A DNA stretch of 35,362 nt from contig JAQGDQ010001544.1 in NCBI GenBank assembly GCA_030141605.1, positions 1 through 35,362 of the forward strand, in the 5' to 3' direction. Below, in pieces: positions 32,932 to 35,362 of the stretch (within the stretch, counting starts at the first letter, position 1; every line of letters starts with the position of its first letter). The stretch comes from Tubiluchus corallicola. Taxonomy: Eukaryota > Animalia > Priapulida. Under the pieces are notes generated by a model. It was given only the letters and a program-made list of their open reading frames with translations. It made no database searches and was not told where the DNA came from. The position numbers and the translations under genes are program-made.

Positions 32932-35362
32932 CATAGACATAGACATAGACATAGACATAGAACATTTATTTTCTCCATTTGTTTGACATGACAAGTTTTT
33001 TTAAATATTACTTAATTATAGTAGTGGAGCAGGGCAGGGAAGGACCATAGGGTCATCTAGTCTCCTGCCCTGTCTTATAATTAAATTAGTATATTAAAAG
33101 TAGAAGGTGAGACTGCGGATAACAAAATTAAATAGGAAAAAATAATAATAATAAACAGTATAAATGAAAAACAAAGTATAAATGAAAACAGTATAAGTGA
33201 AAACAAAAAATAATAAAGTTAGATGACACCAAAATCTAAACAAAACAATACAATTAATACAAGTAATTATGATTATTACATATATTTTCAAATAGGGGCC
33301 TTATTGACAGGGGATTTTGACTGTATGGAGAGATAAAATAAGTATCAAAAAAGTGTAATATGGAAAATTTAAGAGAAAAAGTTAGTATAAGAAAGAGCAA
33401 CAATTACTTAGGAGATGAGAAAAAAAACACTTGATAGCTTGCTTATTAGTCTTACAAGTTATGTATTACAGGTATATTCATTTAGTAAGAATTTTGTGTA
33501 TTTTTTGGAAGCAGAAAATAAGCTACCTCCAAAGGTATCTTTTGACAACGAGTTCCATAATTTAACTCCTCGTGATTTTAAGCTATTGAAACCATGTCGG
33601 GTAAAAAATCTCTCCACAAAATACTGTTCATTAGAAGCAGCTCTTGTGGAGTAGGAATGTATATCAGAAACATTAGTGAAATATTCACTAAAAAGGTAAT
33701 AAACCAGCATTGAATTTATACATAAATTTGAACAACTCAAGATTGTAAATATCTTTTACTTTTAAAATTTCTAATTTTACGAACGATGGTGTAGCATGAT
33801 CATATTTGCGAGCAAAAGTTATTAGTTTTACTATTTTGTTTTGTTGTGTCTGTATTAATTTTTGAATTGATGCAAAAGCCGTACCCCATGTTAAGATGGA
33901 ATATTGTAAATAAGGGAAAACTAACGAATTATATAGAAGTTTCAGAATATATTGGTCAACGTAGTGCCTTACTTTTAAAATTATTCCAGTAATTCGACTT
34001 AATTTGTATGTTATGTGTTTTATATGTGGTTCCCATGTTAATTTATTATCAATGAGTAGGCCCAAGTATTTGATGTTGTCTGTTTCTTCAATTTTGTGTT
34101 TGTTTATTATAATATGAAATTTTGGATTATTAGCATTGTTAATTTGCTTATTGTTGATTATCATAAATTTGGTTTTTTTGTAGTTAATTGATAGCTGGTT
34201 TGCCCTCATCCACAGGTCTATTTTTTTCATTTCGTCATTAACAGATTTTTGCAAATTATTTATATTGGAGTCAGACATGAACAAATTAGTGTCATCGGCA
34301 AATATTCGGGTTCGAAAGTTGCTGCATGTGGGAAGATCGCTAATATAAATTAAGAATAGAAGAGGTCCTAAATTAGAGCCTTGTGGCACTCCACACGATA
34401 TGTGTTTATAGTCTGATGATACATTGTTAATAGATATGAATTGTTTTCTGTTAGTTAGATATGACTGAATTAGTTGCAAAGGTAGACCTCTGATGCCATA
34501 ATGGTTTAATTTGGCTATTAGTATACTATGCTGTACAGTATCAAAAGCTTTTGATAAGTCTAAAAATATTCCGCAATTCAGTAATTTTTTGTCAGTGTCT
34601 AGAGAGATCGTGTCAATTAATTCGGATACAGCAAGGGCAGTTGAATAATTTTTTCTGAAACCAAACTGGTATTTACTTAGGATATTACTTTTCACAACAA
34701 ACTGGTATAATCTATTGTAAATTAGCCTCTCAAAAACTTTTGATACTGGTGATAAGAGAGATATTGGTCTGTAATTGCCAGGTTCATGTGGAGAGCCAGT
34801 TTTATATAAAGGAATAACTTTTGCTATTTTTAATATATTTGGAAAAGTTCCAGCATTAACCGATTTATTAAACAGTAATGTGAGTATTGGTGAAATTATT
34901 TGACTTGCAGATTTAAAAAAAGATATTGGTATATTTTGTGGTCCTGGTGATTTGTTTGAATTAAGTGTGTTTAAAAGTGTGCATGTTTCATTTTCAGTAA
35001 TAGGATTAATGAAAAAAGAATTTGGGTGAGGGTTTTTTAAAAAGTCAGTAAAATTAACGTTAGGTTTAGGTATTTTGGCAGCCATGTCAGGTCCTATATT
35101 TACAAAAAACTCATTTAGTTTACTGGCAATATCATATGTATCTGTATAGTCCACATTATTTATTGTTAACTTACTTGGGGGTTGTCGTGTTTTTGGATCA
35201 GTTTTTATAATACTGTTTATTGTTTCCCAAGTTTTTTTCATGTTATTCTTGTGTTTTTGCAATGTTTCAGTGTACTATTGTTTTTTTGATGATTCTTTGA
35301 CATGATTTAATTTATTTGAGTAGGATTTGTAGTAGATTTGTTTGTATAAATTATTTGAGAGT
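32932..35362 (-). mobile_element. CR1/L2-group (Crack-like) LINE, inactivated copy running off the window end
   Basis: RT ORF, a 3' UTR of about 500 bp with a hairpin at 33030-33072, AATAAA at 32965-32970 and a (TCTATG)5 tail at 32932-32961. Confidence 0.93.
33459..35362 (-). pseudogene. LINE ORF2 reverse transcriptase, disrupted
   Basis: Motifs KSPGP, NYRPISLL, QFGFR, FLDLSKAFDTV, GVPQGSNLGPLLFLIYI, FADD and KYLG. There is an in-frame TAG at 35275-35277 and a frameshift near 33690; the C-terminus (HSYSTR...GVKLWNSL) continues in the 33459-33740 frame. Confidence 0.93.

Noticed and set aside
33688-35262. Active RT or retron-like gene
   Set aside because: An ordinary LINE ORF2 fragment with a nonsense codon and a frameshift.

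Overview
AT-rich, repeat-rich eukaryotic DNA, most likely from an invertebrate animal. The + strand carries the 3' part of one multi-exon gene. I reconstructed 14 exons (1574-23579, 2118 nt, about 706 codons) by hand from GT-AG sites with consistent phases. They encode at least 2 C-type lectin-like domains, 3 EGF-like modules and 6 CCP/sushi domains, a selectin-like domain order. The 5' end lies upstream of the window and the last exon is unresolved. The introns and the downstream region hold about a dozen unrelated minisatellites, tRNA-derived SINEs, foldback elements with decayed hammerhead-like cores, MITEs, a 5'-truncated RTE LINE and a dead CR1/L2-group LINE. The most notable item is a complete 5S rRNA-headed SINE (29193-29614) flanked by a target-site duplication. 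Its 3' tail is about 95% identical to the 3' end of the RTE LINE at 11983-12587, so a SINE3 and its probable mobilising LINE sit in the same window. Most ORFs in the supplied track are repeat artefacts.
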